Positions 37,433 through 47,054 of a stretch of 64,000 nt of DNA are shown here, one piece after another. A model generated the notes under the pieces. That model did not search any database, was not told the DNA's origin, and saw only the letters and a program-made list of their open reading frames with translations. Origin of the DNA: a virus. Every line of letters begins with the position of its first letter. Position 1 is the first letter of the stretch. Position numbers and translations under genes: made by a program. The stretch lies in the IMG/VR virus record IMGVR_UViG_3300025131_000017, positions 1-64,000 of that record. One strand, 5' to 3'.

Positions 37433-37671
37433 TATTCTGATTCTGGAATTGTTATTTTCTCAATTGCCTCTATGGTTGCACTACAGAACTGTTCAACTTC
37501 ACCAACTATGACTTCTTTTTCAGCGTTAGTAATTTTATTATCCTTTAATGCCTGACTTATGGATTGAAGAATATCAACTCCCTCTCCCATAATTTCCTTC
37601 CCACGCCCCGCTAAACCCTTGTTGAGGTTATAGAAAGTCATTCCCATAGTTATAATTTTCATTATGTTCAT
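37432..37671 (-). CDS. Hypothetical protein
   Basis: GGGGGA RBS, operon context. Confidence 0.6.
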   Translation of the reverse strand: MNIMKIITMGMTFYNLNKGLAGRGKEIMGEGVDILQSISQALKDNKITNAEKEVIVGEVEQFCSATIEAIEKITIPESE

Positions 37672-37688
37672 CGATAATCCCCCTTAGA

Positions 37689-37919
37689 TTAACATTGACG
37701 AGGTTTATCCTCATCATCGATTATTATTGATTCTTCGCTTGAACTAGAATTACATCCACAATTGCCACCACAAGGGCAGCCTTCCATGGACAATGCGTTA
37801 TCAATGTTATCCATCATAATAGCATCACATGAATCACATGAACATTCACACACACAATTGTCTGTGTCACAACTACAAATATTAGTTTCAAAACAACTAC
37901 AGTCATTTTGTAAAGTCAT
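37689..37919 (-). CDS. Metallothionein-like Cys-rich protein
   Basis: CSC..CSC..CVCECSCDSC...CPCGGNCGC in 76 aa. Confidence 0.6.
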   Translation of the reverse strand: MTLQNDCSCFETNICSCDTDNCVCECSCDSCDAIMMDNIDNALSMEGCPCGGNCGCNSSSSEESIIIDDEDKPRQC

Positions 37920-37921
37920 AT

Positions 37922-38074
37922 TTACTCTCCCTCCAGTACTTTCATCCCAAGGGCTATGATTCCCCCTGTACAGCCTGTGGCTATCTCATTCATTCCGTAA
38001 TACAATCCTACTCCGGATAGTATTCCTAGAACTATTATAGCTAAAAATATCTGCGGTCTTAGTTTTCCAAACAT
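37922..38074 (-). CDS. Small two-helix membrane protein (holin-like), 50 aa
   Basis: Hand translation MFGKLRPQIFLAIIVLGILSGVGLYYGMNEIATGCTGGIIALGMKVLEGE; AGGAG RBS. Confidence 0.65.
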   Translation of the reverse strand: MFGKLRPQIFLAIIVLGILSGVGLYYGMNEIATGCTGGIIALGMKVLEGE

Positions 38075-38318
38075 AAGCTTCTCTCCTATATCCTACGATT
38101 CCTTGCATGAAATGTGTCTTTAATGTGTTCGGCTTGTTTAAAGCCTTTTAATGCTTCGTTAATCTCAGCATCATCTAACATGTCTTCCCACTTGTGTAAC
38201 CACCCAAATACATTGAATCGTTTCAATTTTATTTTACCTCGCCTATAATTTGTATTAACAACTATCTGTTGCCCTTACTATTATACAAACAAAATAAGAT
38301 AAATTTGTTAAATTTTTG

Positions 38319-38651
38319 TTACGCTGTTCCGTAAGCGACAATTCTAATGTACACTGCAGATAAGTCAGTAGTGTTAGCTACTTCGTCTAGTGCAGCACCA
38401 TCAGACCCAGCTTCGTACACTTCAACTTTACTGTTAGTGTAGTCGTATTGAGCTACGTAACCTGAAGTTTCAGTATCAATCATAACTGCGTGTATTGCAG
38501 TGAAACCAAGGTCTCCTGCTGTTAGTGATTCTCCACCTGTTGGGTAAGAACTATCAAATTGTATTCTTTTAATAGTAAACTTACTAGGTGTTCCTCCAGC
38601 AATAGCTGGTCCCACACTAGCAGCACCCGGTGTTGTTATTGTTAATGCCAT
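38319..38651 (-). CDS. Virion structural protein (head decoration-like)
   Basis: AGGAGG RBS; FDSSYPTGGE...EVANTTDLS..IRIVAYG pattern of capsid-associated proteins. Confidence 0.65.
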   Translation of the reverse strand: MALTITTPGAASVGPAIAGGTPSKFTIKRIQFDSSYPTGGESLTAGDLGFTAIHAVMIDTETSGYVAQYDYTNSKVEVYEAGSDGAALDEVANTTDLSAVYIRIVAYGTA

Positions 38652-38703
38652 ATTTAGTTTCCTCCTAAAATATCAATGATAGTTTTTCTATCTATTTATT
38701 ATA

Positions 38704-39055
38704 CTAGCGTCTGCTAGATTTCCTTTTAAGTGCCTCAGCGATTTCATCTCGTTTGTTTTCACCGGGACTTCCCTCTTTAAATTTCTTATACCCCATCTTC
38801 TTTGCTTGAGCCGTAGCAACTGCAAAAGGATTGTCTACTTCCTTTTGTAAGTTCTTTTTAGAAATAATAGATGTGGCTTTATCTTTTGCTTTATCTCTTA
38901 CTTTGTCTGCTATTATTTTCCCAGCAACAGTTCTACCTACAGTAGTAGCTCCAGCCAATACCCTCGCTGGAAGGGAAGCAACACCAAGAGCAGCACCAGC
39001 TGCCACTCGACCAGCTAGTTTTTGCAGTGGGGTGTCTATGCCCCTTGAGCTAAAA
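38704..39055 (-). CDS. Probable -1 frameshift extension of the prohead protease
   Basis: Open -1 frame from the slippery A-AAT-TTT-TTA (39060-39051); no convincing RBS before the GTG at 39006. Confidence 0.55.
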
Positions 39056-40412
39056 AATTTGTAGCCTTCTCAACTATCCCTTTGTAATCAGCAGCCTTTT
39101 GAAAACAAGACTCACATGGACAAGACTTTTTAAATGAATGTACATTTTCCATCCAATTAAAGAAATCCTGTGATTTAGAAATTGTAGTGTTAAGTTCACT
39201 AACAGGAGTTTCCATAGAGTTCCCACCTTCTACAACCCCACGCTTAGTATGTCTACCTAGTTGAGGCATAGTTAATGCATCATCGTAATGACGTACTCCT
39301 AGATTTTGTCCTGCTTCATTTACTACCCATGGTACGTATTTATGTCCTAGTGGGTCGTCTTCAATAACAGGAGTATATCTAGCATTCTCAGGTTCTAGTT
39401 CTCCGGGAAATCCTAGTTCATCAAGAAATCTATGATGTTCTTCTTGACGAGCTTGTGTGTTAATCAAAGTTGGAAAACTCTGCCCATACTCTTGCCCATC
39501 GATTTGAACTATCTTTTGTAGTTCTTTGTTACCTTTTACGAAATTCATAAAAGATTTTGTAAAATCAATATCTCCATCTGATTTAAACATAAGTTGTACT
39601 CCCCCGGATTCTTCCTCCGAATTAACAAGGCAACTACCATCTATACATGATGAAGTAGCTCCTTCAGCTTTTATAATATCAAAAGAGGCTGCTTGGTTTA
39701 CACCCTTTTCACATACCGTAACTTCTGCAAGTTCTAATTCATCTACTTGCATTACATCTTGCAAACCTTTTTGAATAGTTTGTGTCTTAATTGCAGACCC
39801 AGCAATAGAGTAACTCTTTAATTTACCACTATTAATTTGTTCTGCAACTTTCTTTGCAATCTTAGTGTCATTCCGTAATTCAGTAATAAAAAATAATCCC
39901 TTTCCATCCACACCAGATTTAAATATTTGACCTCCCTTACTTATATAAGCAGGTAAAGCCCAACCAACTTGAACATCAGAATGTAATACCATTGCGTTTC
40001 TAGTTCTAAAGTTAGCCATATATTTTTGAAATGCTTTACCAAGTGCATCAGTAGTAATTAAGTGTCCTTCCCTATCAACTAACTCGATAGATGCTGGTCC
40101 ACCTACTACTAAAGAATCATCATCAGCAATTTCCATTTTGGATAAAGCATTTTGATATACTTTATTATTTGGGTATGCCCTTGATAAAGTTAGAAGTTCC
40201 GCAGGAGATGAAATTCCTGCTTTGTGTAATCTTTTGTATTCGCTTAAAGCACTTTGAATATCATCCATTGTCACTCTACCATCAGTAGCTTTCTCTAAGA
40301 ATAGTACTTTCTCAATAGAGTTGTTCTCATTCATCATCTCATTCATGTCAGATGACCAATTAGATGGATGAGGTATATTTCCTACAGGAGTTGTAATTGC
40401 TTCTGTCGTCAT
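39036..40412 (-). CDS. Prohead (maturation) protease, HK97/XkdF-like
   Basis: VVGGPAS..VDREGH.I, MVLH..VQVG, G.LKSYSIAG, L.EVTVC..GVNQ.A.F; lies in the head module. Confidence 0.85.
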   Translation of the reverse strand: MTTEAITTPVGNIPHPSNWSSDMNEMMNENNSIEKVLFLEKATDGRVTMDDIQSALSEYKRLHKAGISSPAELLTLSRAYPNNKVYQNALSKMEIADDDSLVVGGPASIELVDREGHLITTDALGKAFQKYMANFRTRNAMVLHSDVQVGWALPAYISKGGQIFKSGVDGKGLFFITELRNDTKIAKKVAEQINSGKLKSYSIAGSAIKTQTIQKGLQDVMQVDELELAEVTVCEKGVNQAASFDIIKAEGATSSCIDGSCLVNSEEESGGVQLMFKSDGDIDFTKSFMNFVKGNKELQKIVQIDGQEYGQSFPTLINTQARQEEHHRFLDELGFPGELEPENARYTPVIEDDPLGHKYVPWVVNEAGQNLGVRHYDDALTMPQLGRHTKRGVVEGGNSMETPVSELNTTISKSQDFFNWMENVHSFKKSCPCESCFQKAADYKGIVEKATNFLAQGA

Positions 40413-40413
40413 A

Positions 40414-41358
40414 TTATTCAGCTACTCCCCAGATTACACCTGTAAGTGTTGGGGTGTTTTGTGCCGCTATCATTGAAATCCTTCCTCTAAAGTCTAGAGG
40501 CATTTCAACATTTAGTTCCTGTCCCCCATAAATTGGTATACCATTAGCAGAAGTTGCAGTCTGGTCAAAGGCTATATATATTATATCGGCAGCTGTTCCA
40601 GATTGATTTTTAAATTGGAAACCTTTAATTCTTGTCATAGAAGGTTTCTTTATAGATGAAGATGCGTTTGCTGCTCCTGTCCATTCATATAAAGGTCCCT
40701 CACCACCTGTTTGGTTACCATCTAAATAAGTTGAAACATCTATAGTATCTTCTCTAACTTCAAACATTATTTTATCTGCATAGAAATCTATATTGTGTTG
40801 TGCAGTTGTTGTTAGATATAATCTATATGTAGTTGCGGCAGTACTTCCGGGAATTGCGTATGTTGCAGTTAGTCTTCTCCATGAAGCTGCTAGGTCATCT
40901 GTACCTGAAGTTCCAAGGTTTGAAGTACCTGCGGCATCTCTTAAAGTTAAAGTTACCGCTCCTGAAGCAGAAGCACCTCGATGTTCTAATTGAACTGATA
41001 TATATTGTGGGTTAACACTAAATGGAATTGTTGGTGATTCCCAATAAAACCCTTCCCCTGCAGCAGAGTTATCTGGGTTTACTAGTAGTGATGCAGCTCC
41101 TTCTGATTGTTGTGCAGTACTTCTAGATACCGCAGACCCAGTTGCTACAAATTCAGTAATAGTAGTTCCTTCCACACCCGGATTCAAAACCCAGTTAGTT
41201 GCTTTCTCTCCACCATTTGCAACTAGAGAATATACATCTTCAGCGGTAGTACTTGCAGCATTTGAGATTGCCACGTATCTATTAGCTGGATGTACTGATT
41301 GTCTGGTAGAACTATCTATATCCCATCCTCTATAATCCGTATGTCTTTCATTAGCCAT
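40414..41358 (-). CDS. Virion protein with a carbohydrate-binding-module-like domain
   Basis: NWVLNPGVE...W.RLT.T...FYAD.IMFE...YLDG pattern; directly downstream of the capsid genes. Confidence 0.65.
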   Translation of the reverse strand: MANERHTDYRGWDIDSSTRQSVHPANRYVAISNAASTTAEDVYSLVANGGEKATNWVLNPGVEGTTITEFVATGSAVSRSTAQQSEGAASLLVNPDNSAAGEGFYWESPTIPFSVNPQYISVQLEHRGASASGAVTLTLRDAAGTSNLGTSGTDDLAASWRRLTATYAIPGSTAATTYRLYLTTTAQHNIDFYADKIMFEVREDTIDVSTYLDGNQTGGEGPLYEWTGAANASSSIKKPSMTRIKGFQFKNQSGTAADIIYIAFDQTATSANGIPIYGGQELNVEMPLDFRGRISMIAAQNTPTLTGVIWGVAE

Positions 41359-41383
41359 AATTTATTATACTCCAATTATCTAT

Positions 41384-41635
41384 TTATTTAAAATTTATGA
41401 TAGCTACAAAGCTACCCAGTACAGCTGAGGTATGTACAACTAATATCCCTATTGCTAAAAGAATACTTTTCATTCCATACATTTTGTTACGCCATTCAGA
41501 TATATTATCGACTTTAGTTTCAACCTTCTCTAGGTTTAAGGAAAGTTTTTCGTTAAGGGCGTTTTGACTGGAAATATAGGAATCTAATCGTTCCATATAA
41601 ACTGCTAAATTCACTTGTGTGTCCTTGTTGACCAC
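41384..41635 (-). CDS. Small coiled-coil protein with C-terminal TM helix
   Basis: Heptads followed by a hydrophobic tail. Confidence 0.6.
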   Translation of the reverse strand: MVNKDTQVNLAVYMERLDSYISSQNALNEKLSLNLEKVETKVDNISEWRNKMYGMKSILLAIGILVVHTSAVLGSFVAIINFK

Positions 41636-41663
41636 TAATCAGTCCCCGCAAAATGTTTGTTTT

Positions 41664-41695
41664 CTAAATTAGTAGGGGGACCGAAGTCCCCCCAC
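41664..41695 (-). terminator. Hairpin/terminator after the major capsid gene
   Basis: GGGGGAC-TTCG-GTCCCCC on the minus strand (UUCG tetraloop); weak U-tract. Confidence 0.65.
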
Positions 41696-41712
41696 ATGTA
41701 TCATCACTAAAC

Positions 41713-43047
41713 TTATGAGTTTAGGTCAGCAATTTTTGCTTGAGTAAAGATGTTCTTACATCGCATCTCAGCCATAGTGTAGAGTAATCCTCTAACAACT
41801 AGTGCATTTGCTGCGAAGTAATCTCTGTTCTCTACATACTGAGTAGGTTGAGCAACAGCGATTTCAAGATAATCTGTATCCAAAACATAAACGTTTGAAC
41901 CTAGAACTGCATCAGCAGAAGAAACAGACTTTGGAACATCTGCATCTGGAAGAATTGGAATACCTTGATAGGTAGCCAATACTAGTCCAGTTCTTGTACC
42001 GGGGTAAGTTCTTTCAGCTCCTACACCCACTTGGTACTCTTCTTGACCTAGATACCTCTGGTTACTGTTAAGCAATCTTTCAAGGTTGAAGTATTGGTCG
42101 TGACCCAAAAGGATTAGTTTTGGTTCTCCACCATTCTCTCTTACTTTCTGAATTGCTGTATCAAGTAATGTCAATGACAATGCTCTACCTGTTCCTGAGT
42201 TATAAGAAACAGAAGCACCAGCGTTCCATGCACCAGCTGTTCTTCCAGCCAATGTTAGGTCATAAGCTCTTGTTCTTGCTACACCACCACCAACAGCAGC
42301 ACCATCTTCTGAAACGACATCGTCAATAGAAGTCATACCTGCTCTTGAATAAATGTAAGCAACATCACCATCAGCAAATGCAGTACCTGAAGCAACAGTT
42401 ACAGCACCTGTAGAGGTGTTTACTGCAGAAATAACTGAACCTGAAGTTCTGTCATGTGCAGTTCCTGAAACATCGTATTGAGCTACAGCATCACCAACTT
42501 TAAAGTGTTTGGCGTAAGCAGCTGGAACTGTGAACGATGTAGCACCACCAGCAGAAGCAATGGATGCTGAACCTGCTAATAGTTCTTCGTTAATTTCTTT
42601 GATGTGGTCTAATTGAGCATTTTCATTCTCTAGAGCCAAAACATCTCCGACACCACCTTCTAGCTGTGCAGTAAAGACTGACTTTACTGAAGCACCGAAT
42701 GTAGTTGAAACAATTCTAGGTAAACTAGAAACTGTTTGTATGTCGGAAACATCGACTGTAGGCAATGAGCCTGTCTCTGTTACCGGTCTAGAACGACCAG
42801 AACCTCTATCAGTCCTGACCCTCCAACCAGCAGTATTTCCCCAGACCACCCTTGGGATAGCATTAAAGAATCTGGTTTGGTTGTTTAGAGCCTGCCAGAC
42901 TTTTCTGCCGTATGTTGTATTGAATATTCCTGTACTAGAGTCTACAGTAAAATAAGATTGTTTCTGAAGGTATTCTGGACCGAATACAGACTGATACAAA
43001 CCTCTCTGCGACTGTGCAAGATATTCCGATAAACTTGGGTTAGCCAT
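41713..43047 (-). CDS. Major capsid protein (HK97 fold)
   Basis: 444 aa, directly after the scaffold and followed by a hairpin; YQGIPILPD..V and VYVLDTDYL motifs; AGGAG RBS. Confidence 0.85.
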   Translation of the reverse strand: MANPSLSEYLAQSQRGLYQSVFGPEYLQKQSYFTVDSSTGIFNTTYGRKVWQALNNQTRFFNAIPRVVWGNTAGWRVRTDRGSGRSRPVTETGSLPTVDVSDIQTVSSLPRIVSTTFGASVKSVFTAQLEGGVGDVLALENENAQLDHIKEINEELLAGSASIASAGGATSFTVPAAYAKHFKVGDAVAQYDVSGTAHDRTSGSVISAVNTSTGAVTVASGTAFADGDVAYIYSRAGMTSIDDVVSEDGAAVGGGVARTRAYDLTLAGRTAGAWNAGASVSYNSGTGRALSLTLLDTAIQKVRENGGEPKLILLGHDQYFNLERLLNSNQRYLGQEEYQVGVGAERTYPGTRTGLVLATYQGIPILPDADVPKSVSSADAVLGSNVYVLDTDYLEIAVAQPTQYVENRDYFAANALVVRGLLYTMAEMRCKNIFTQAKIADLNS

Positions 43048-43086
43048 TTTAAATGTCTCCTAATTTGTTTGGTTTATATTTATTAA

Positions 43087-43926
43087 TTACCCTAATAGTT
43101 CCCTAGGAATACCATCGGTATTTCCAGCTTCTATTTGAGTTTGCATTCTTCTTAACTCTGAGTAAGATAGACCTGCGAGTTGTTCTGCTGTGTCAGCACC
43201 TGCTGATTTTTGTAATACAGGTGTGTCATCAACTCCTAATCCTTTTGTAAGTTTTGGAGCTTGCAGACCAGTCTCTTCTCTGAATCCCATCTTTCTTAGT
43301 CTGGCTTCAGATTCAGCTGTAACAGCTTTCTGCATGTCAGTCTTAGTAGCAGCTAATGCTTTTTCCAAAGCAGCAACTTGCTTTTTCATGGATTTCATCT
43401 CATCGGACTCATCGTCTTCATCATCCATTCCTTTCTCTTCTATAGGCTCGTCAGCAGCTTCGTCTTCTGCATCATCCTGTTTGTAAGCCATTCCACCCTT
43501 CTCTTCTTCTTCATCTTCATCGCCATCTTTGTCGATTTCTTCTTCTTCTTCATCCTCATCCTGCTTTCGCATGGCTTGGATTGTGTTTTGCTGGTCTTCT
43601 ATTTTTGTAGTCGGTGTGACTCCAGATTCAGAATCGTCAGCATTTTGTGGTGTTCCACCACTAGCTTTCGCTTTTCGTTCTTTACCATCAACATCAAGTC
43701 CAGCTTCTGAGCCTTCTTTCTTAATGTTAGCGATAACTTCGTTTGCGATTGATTTTACAAGGTCGGCTCTTGCAGCGGCTTGTGCATCAGCTTCATTAGC
43801 AGCAACTAGGTCTTGTTCTTCCTTTGCCAATCTTCCATCCATTTTTTGTAGGACTTCAGCTACAGCGGCTAGAGCAAGGTTAGTTCCTTCCATTTGCTTT
43901 TCAATCTTTTCAGATATGTCTGCCAT
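43087..43926 (-). CDS. Capsid scaffolding protein
   Basis: Acidic/coiled-coil, immediately upstream of the capsid gene, AGGAGG RBS, many hydrophobic-x-K sites. Confidence 0.75.
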   Translation of the reverse strand: MADISEKIEKQMEGTNLALAAVAEVLQKMDGRLAKEEQDLVAANEADAQAAARADLVKSIANEVIANIKKEGSEAGLDVDGKERKAKASGGTPQNADDSESGVTPTTKIEDQQNTIQAMRKQDEDEEEEEIDKDGDEDEEEEKGGMAYKQDDAEDEAADEPIEEKGMDDEDDESDEMKSMKKQVAALEKALAATKTDMQKAVTAESEARLRKMGFREETGLQAPKLTKGLGVDDTPVLQKSAGADTAEQLAGLSYSELRRMQTQIEAGNTDGIPRELLG

Positions 43927-44101
43927 GGGTTTTTCCCTCCTATATGGTTTTCCATTCTTTTGTTTTGTTCCACCAAAAGAGGTTGGTCTAAGCCACCTCC
44001 GACCTGTTTCTATAGAACATAATATAACGTTTATATTTAACGTTACTTCATTATACTAAATAAATATAATTTTCCTACAGAATTATAATATAATTTCTTA
44101 A

Positions 44102-44320
44102 TTAATCCTGTAATGGATTTGTTGGGGTGCCTGTAGAATCTAATTGTAACATATCGTTACGATAATCATAGAGAGGAACTTGAATAAGTTTCTTGAGTTT
44201 ATCACATTGATTCCCTTCTGGGAGTGATGCTTCTACTAAATCTAATACTTTCCCCACCATCTTTGAATGTTTTGCTATTATATATTCTTGTGTTGGTGTT
44301 ACTTTCTTTATATCAACCAT
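44102..44320 (-). CDS. Hypothetical protein
   Basis: AGGAGG RBS. Confidence 0.7.
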   Translation of the reverse strand: MVDIKKVTPTQEYIIAKHSKMVGKVLDLVEASLPEGNQCDKLKKLIQVPLYDYRNDMLQLDSTGTPTNPLQD

Positions 44321-44330
44321 GTCTTACCTC

Positions 44331-44819
44331 CTAAGCAAGTCCTGTACTTATTGCTATTTTTTTAGGCAAGAGCTTTCGTTCATTCTTATCTAGCCTATTA
44401 TATACTTTTTTGTATGCCCTTTGTATCCATTCATTTTTATTATAAGAACTAGGGTCATCCACATTTTTTGAGTACCAAGCTTCATTTCTTGTTGGTACTG
44501 GTTTCCATCCTTGTTTAAATGTTTTAGTGTGTGCCTTGACTTTTACCTTTCCCTTTGGAGTATTTCTCCAATGAGAAGGAACATTTTGTACATGGGGCTC
44601 TGTTAATGGAGTTAAAAACTTAGGGTTATAGACTGGAGCTGCATAATCTGTATCATACTTAATTATAAATCCATCATCCTTTTTTATAAGTGATACTGAA
44701 TTTCTTAATTTACCACTCGCTACAGGAACAAGATTTTGGGCTTCAATTAACACCTCTTCTCCTATTTCCCAAAGCCATTCCTTTAAACCTTTTTCTATAG
44801 TGTCTTCTGTTTTTCCCAT
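44331..44819 (-). CDS. HK97 gp10-like neck/tail-completion protein
   Basis: AQNLVPVASGKLRNS...YDTDYAAPV motif. Confidence 0.65.
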   Translation of the reverse strand: MGKTEDTIEKGLKEWLWEIGEEVLIEAQNLVPVASGKLRNSVSLIKKDDGFIIKYDTDYAAPVYNPKFLTPLTEPHVQNVPSHWRNTPKGKVKVKAHTKTFKQGWKPVPTRNEAWYSKNVDDPSSYNKNEWIQRAYKKVYNRLDKNERKLLPKKIAISTGLA

Positions 44820-44847
44820 ATATAAAAACCCCCTTGGGTTTATTATA

Positions 44848-46182
44848 CTAACTTATTGCGGGTTTTATTAAATCTGCCCAAGTAGATGGGATGGTGTCAA
44901 CGAATTCTCTTTTAGAATCATCATACTTATTTAAATAAATAATCTCTTTCCCCACAAATCCATATCTAGGATGCCAATAAGTAATTATTTGTTTTGGTTT
45001 AGATGCTGCATGTAATCTTTGTAAGGCAAACTCATCAGGACCTTTCATACAACCACAAATAAATAGTTCACCTGTTCCAATATCAACTTCATCAACTCTA
45101 TGGAAGTGTCCAATCATCACACTATCAAAATCTACTTCTCCAAGTATATCTGTAGCATCTTCTAATTCAGCTTGTAAACTCTTTCTATATTGAAGAACTC
45201 CTCTTAGTTTAGATATTGCCCCGGTGATTGCCATACTACTTCCTGCACCAGAGATAGAATCTCCATGCATAATTAATATGTTTCGATTATAAACTGAGAA
45301 AACATTTATAAAACTCTTTGGAATATCGAATTCAATATTGTTTTGGTTCTTACAAAATGCCGCTAAGAATTGATATAGTAAATAATCCCAATCCATATAC
45401 TTATCTTTCATAGGTGGCTTTCGAGTCATTCTTCCATGATTACCAACTACACAGGGAACGGTAATCTTTGTGAAATGTGGTGCTAATAACATTAAGGATT
45501 GAGCAATTAAGTTTGCACCCCTAATCATTTGTTCCATACAGTTTGCAATATTAGACCTAGCTAACTCTTCATGAATATCACCACTAATCATATCACCTAA
45601 CATTGGAACTATTAGTTCATTAACAGGTGCAATTTGTCTTCGATACTCAACATGCTTTAATACTTGGTTTGACCACCCATAAAGTCTTTTATTAAATATT
45701 TCAAAACTATAATCATTAAGTCCTTTCATTTGTTCTTTATGGACTTGCTCTCCTATATGCGTATCAGTTAATGGGGAAATTACAATTTGTGCTTGATGTC
45801 CTTGTGGACTTGATGGATTAACATGTTTAATTGGAACTTTAGGAAGAGATTTAGTATGTTCTTTAATTGCATCAACAATAATTTCTTTTTTAGCATTATC
45901 TTTAAGAGATGCTTGATAAAGTTTTTTGTAAAAGTCTGCTTCACTTTTATAAGTGGCTACTTTTTTATCTAGTTTAACTCTTGTCTCTAGATTATCTTGA
46001 GGAGGCGAGAGTTCCTCGTTGGGGTCTAGAACCAAGGGTTCTTCTTTGTTGTGCCACTTTTGAATTGTGGTTCGATGAATGATTACTCCATGAACCTTTT
46101 CTAACCATTTCGCTATAGATGTCCAAGTCGCTCCCAAGGCTCTTCTTCTTTTTATCTCTAATTTTACCTTCTCTGGAATCAT
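44848..46182 (-). CDS. Calcineurin-like metallophosphoesterase with N-terminal HTH
   Basis: DTHIGE, LGDMISG, GNHGR, MHGD and GHFH motifs. Confidence 0.85.
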   Translation of the reverse strand: MIPEKVKLEIKRRRALGATWTSIAKWLEKVHGVIIHRTTIQKWHNKEEPLVLDPNEELSPPQDNLETRVKLDKKVATYKSEADFYKKLYQASLKDNAKKEIIVDAIKEHTKSLPKVPIKHVNPSSPQGHQAQIVISPLTDTHIGEQVHKEQMKGLNDYSFEIFNKRLYGWSNQVLKHVEYRRQIAPVNELIVPMLGDMISGDIHEELARSNIANCMEQMIRGANLIAQSLMLLAPHFTKITVPCVVGNHGRMTRKPPMKDKYMDWDYLLYQFLAAFCKNQNNIEFDIPKSFINVFSVYNRNILIMHGDSISGAGSSMAITGAISKLRGVLQYRKSLQAELEDATDILGEVDFDSVMIGHFHRVDEVDIGTGELFICGCMKGPDEFALQRLHAASKPKQIITYWHPRYGFVGKEIIYLNKYDDSKREFVDTIPSTWADLIKPAIS

Positions 46183-46291
46183 ATCTTCTCCTGACTGTTA
46201 AAACTATGGTTTTCCCACACATGAAACAATGTAAGTCCTTGTCTTCGTTTATGTTCATATGCCCAGTACATTTAGGGCATAATGTATTCAT
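45992..46291 (-). CDS. Zinc-ribbon protein
   Basis: CPKCTG...CFMCG; 3' part overlaps the phosphoesterase gene. Confidence 0.5.
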   Translation of the reverse strand: MNTLCPKCTGHMNINEDKDLHCFMCGKTIVLTVRRRYDSREGKIRDKKKKSLGSDLDIYSEMVRKGSWSNHSSNHNSKVAQQRRTLGSRPQRGTLASSR

Positions 46292-46322
46292 ACTATCATA
46301 TTTAATAGACATATTCAACAAT

Positions 46323-47054
46323 TTATCCTATTAACTTATTATATAAATCTTTTCCTATAAATTTTTTAAAGGGTGATTCTTTCTCTTTAGGCAACTCATC
46401 CTCATCAATTTCTCCTTGTTCTTTATCTTTATCCCCACCTTGATGTAAGTCATCTTGTGCGGGACCAGATTCCCAACCAGCTAATTGAATTTCTAATCCT
46501 GCTGGTGCTGCTTCGGATGCATCCCCTTGTTCGTCTTTATCATTATGTTTAATATCATCTTTATCATCTAATGCTCTGATTTTTTGTTCCATATCTTTTT
46601 GTTCAATATCAGCTTGTTCATCAGGGTCGGCATCGAATTCAACAGGGTTTTGCACTTGGTCATTCATAGAAGTACTAGATGTTTGTTGTCTAAATTTAAC
46701 ATCATCCTTACGAAGTTCTTTAGTTACCCATTGAAGTAAGTCTACAAAAAACTTGTTGTTTTTTGCTTTTGCCATTTTTCGTTCAGGTGAATTATCTGTA
46801 ATGAAATCGGCAAGTCTTCCAATACCACTTTTTCTCTTCTTTTCTGGTTTTCTCTTATTATCTCCATAAGTTGGGGTAAATATTCCGGAGTTGGATGAGG
46901 TAAATACAGTACCCCCACTATCACCAAAAGACCCGCTAGTTCCAGCACCACCCCCACCATCTCCTTCTTTACGAAGTTTCTTTTCCTTTTTATAGGTGTC
47001 ATCTTGCCCTCTAGGGTTAGTTATCCAAGCCTTGTTTAATTTATTCTTCTTCAT
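46323..47054 (-). CDS. Hypothetical low-complexity head-module protein
   Basis: Overlaps the portal stop codon; Gly- and acid-rich. Confidence 0.65.
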   Translation of the reverse strand: MKKNKLNKAWITNPRGQDDTYKKEKKLRKEGDGGGGAGTSGSFGDSGGTVFTSSNSGIFTPTYGDNKRKPEKKRKSGIGRLADFITDNSPERKMAKAKNNKFFVDLLQWVTKELRKDDVKFRQQTSSTSMNDQVQNPVEFDADPDEQADIEQKDMEQKIRALDDKDDIKHNDKDEQGDASEAAPAGLEIQLAGWESGPAQDDLHQGGDKDKEQGEIDEDELPKEKESPFKKFIGKDLYNKLIG

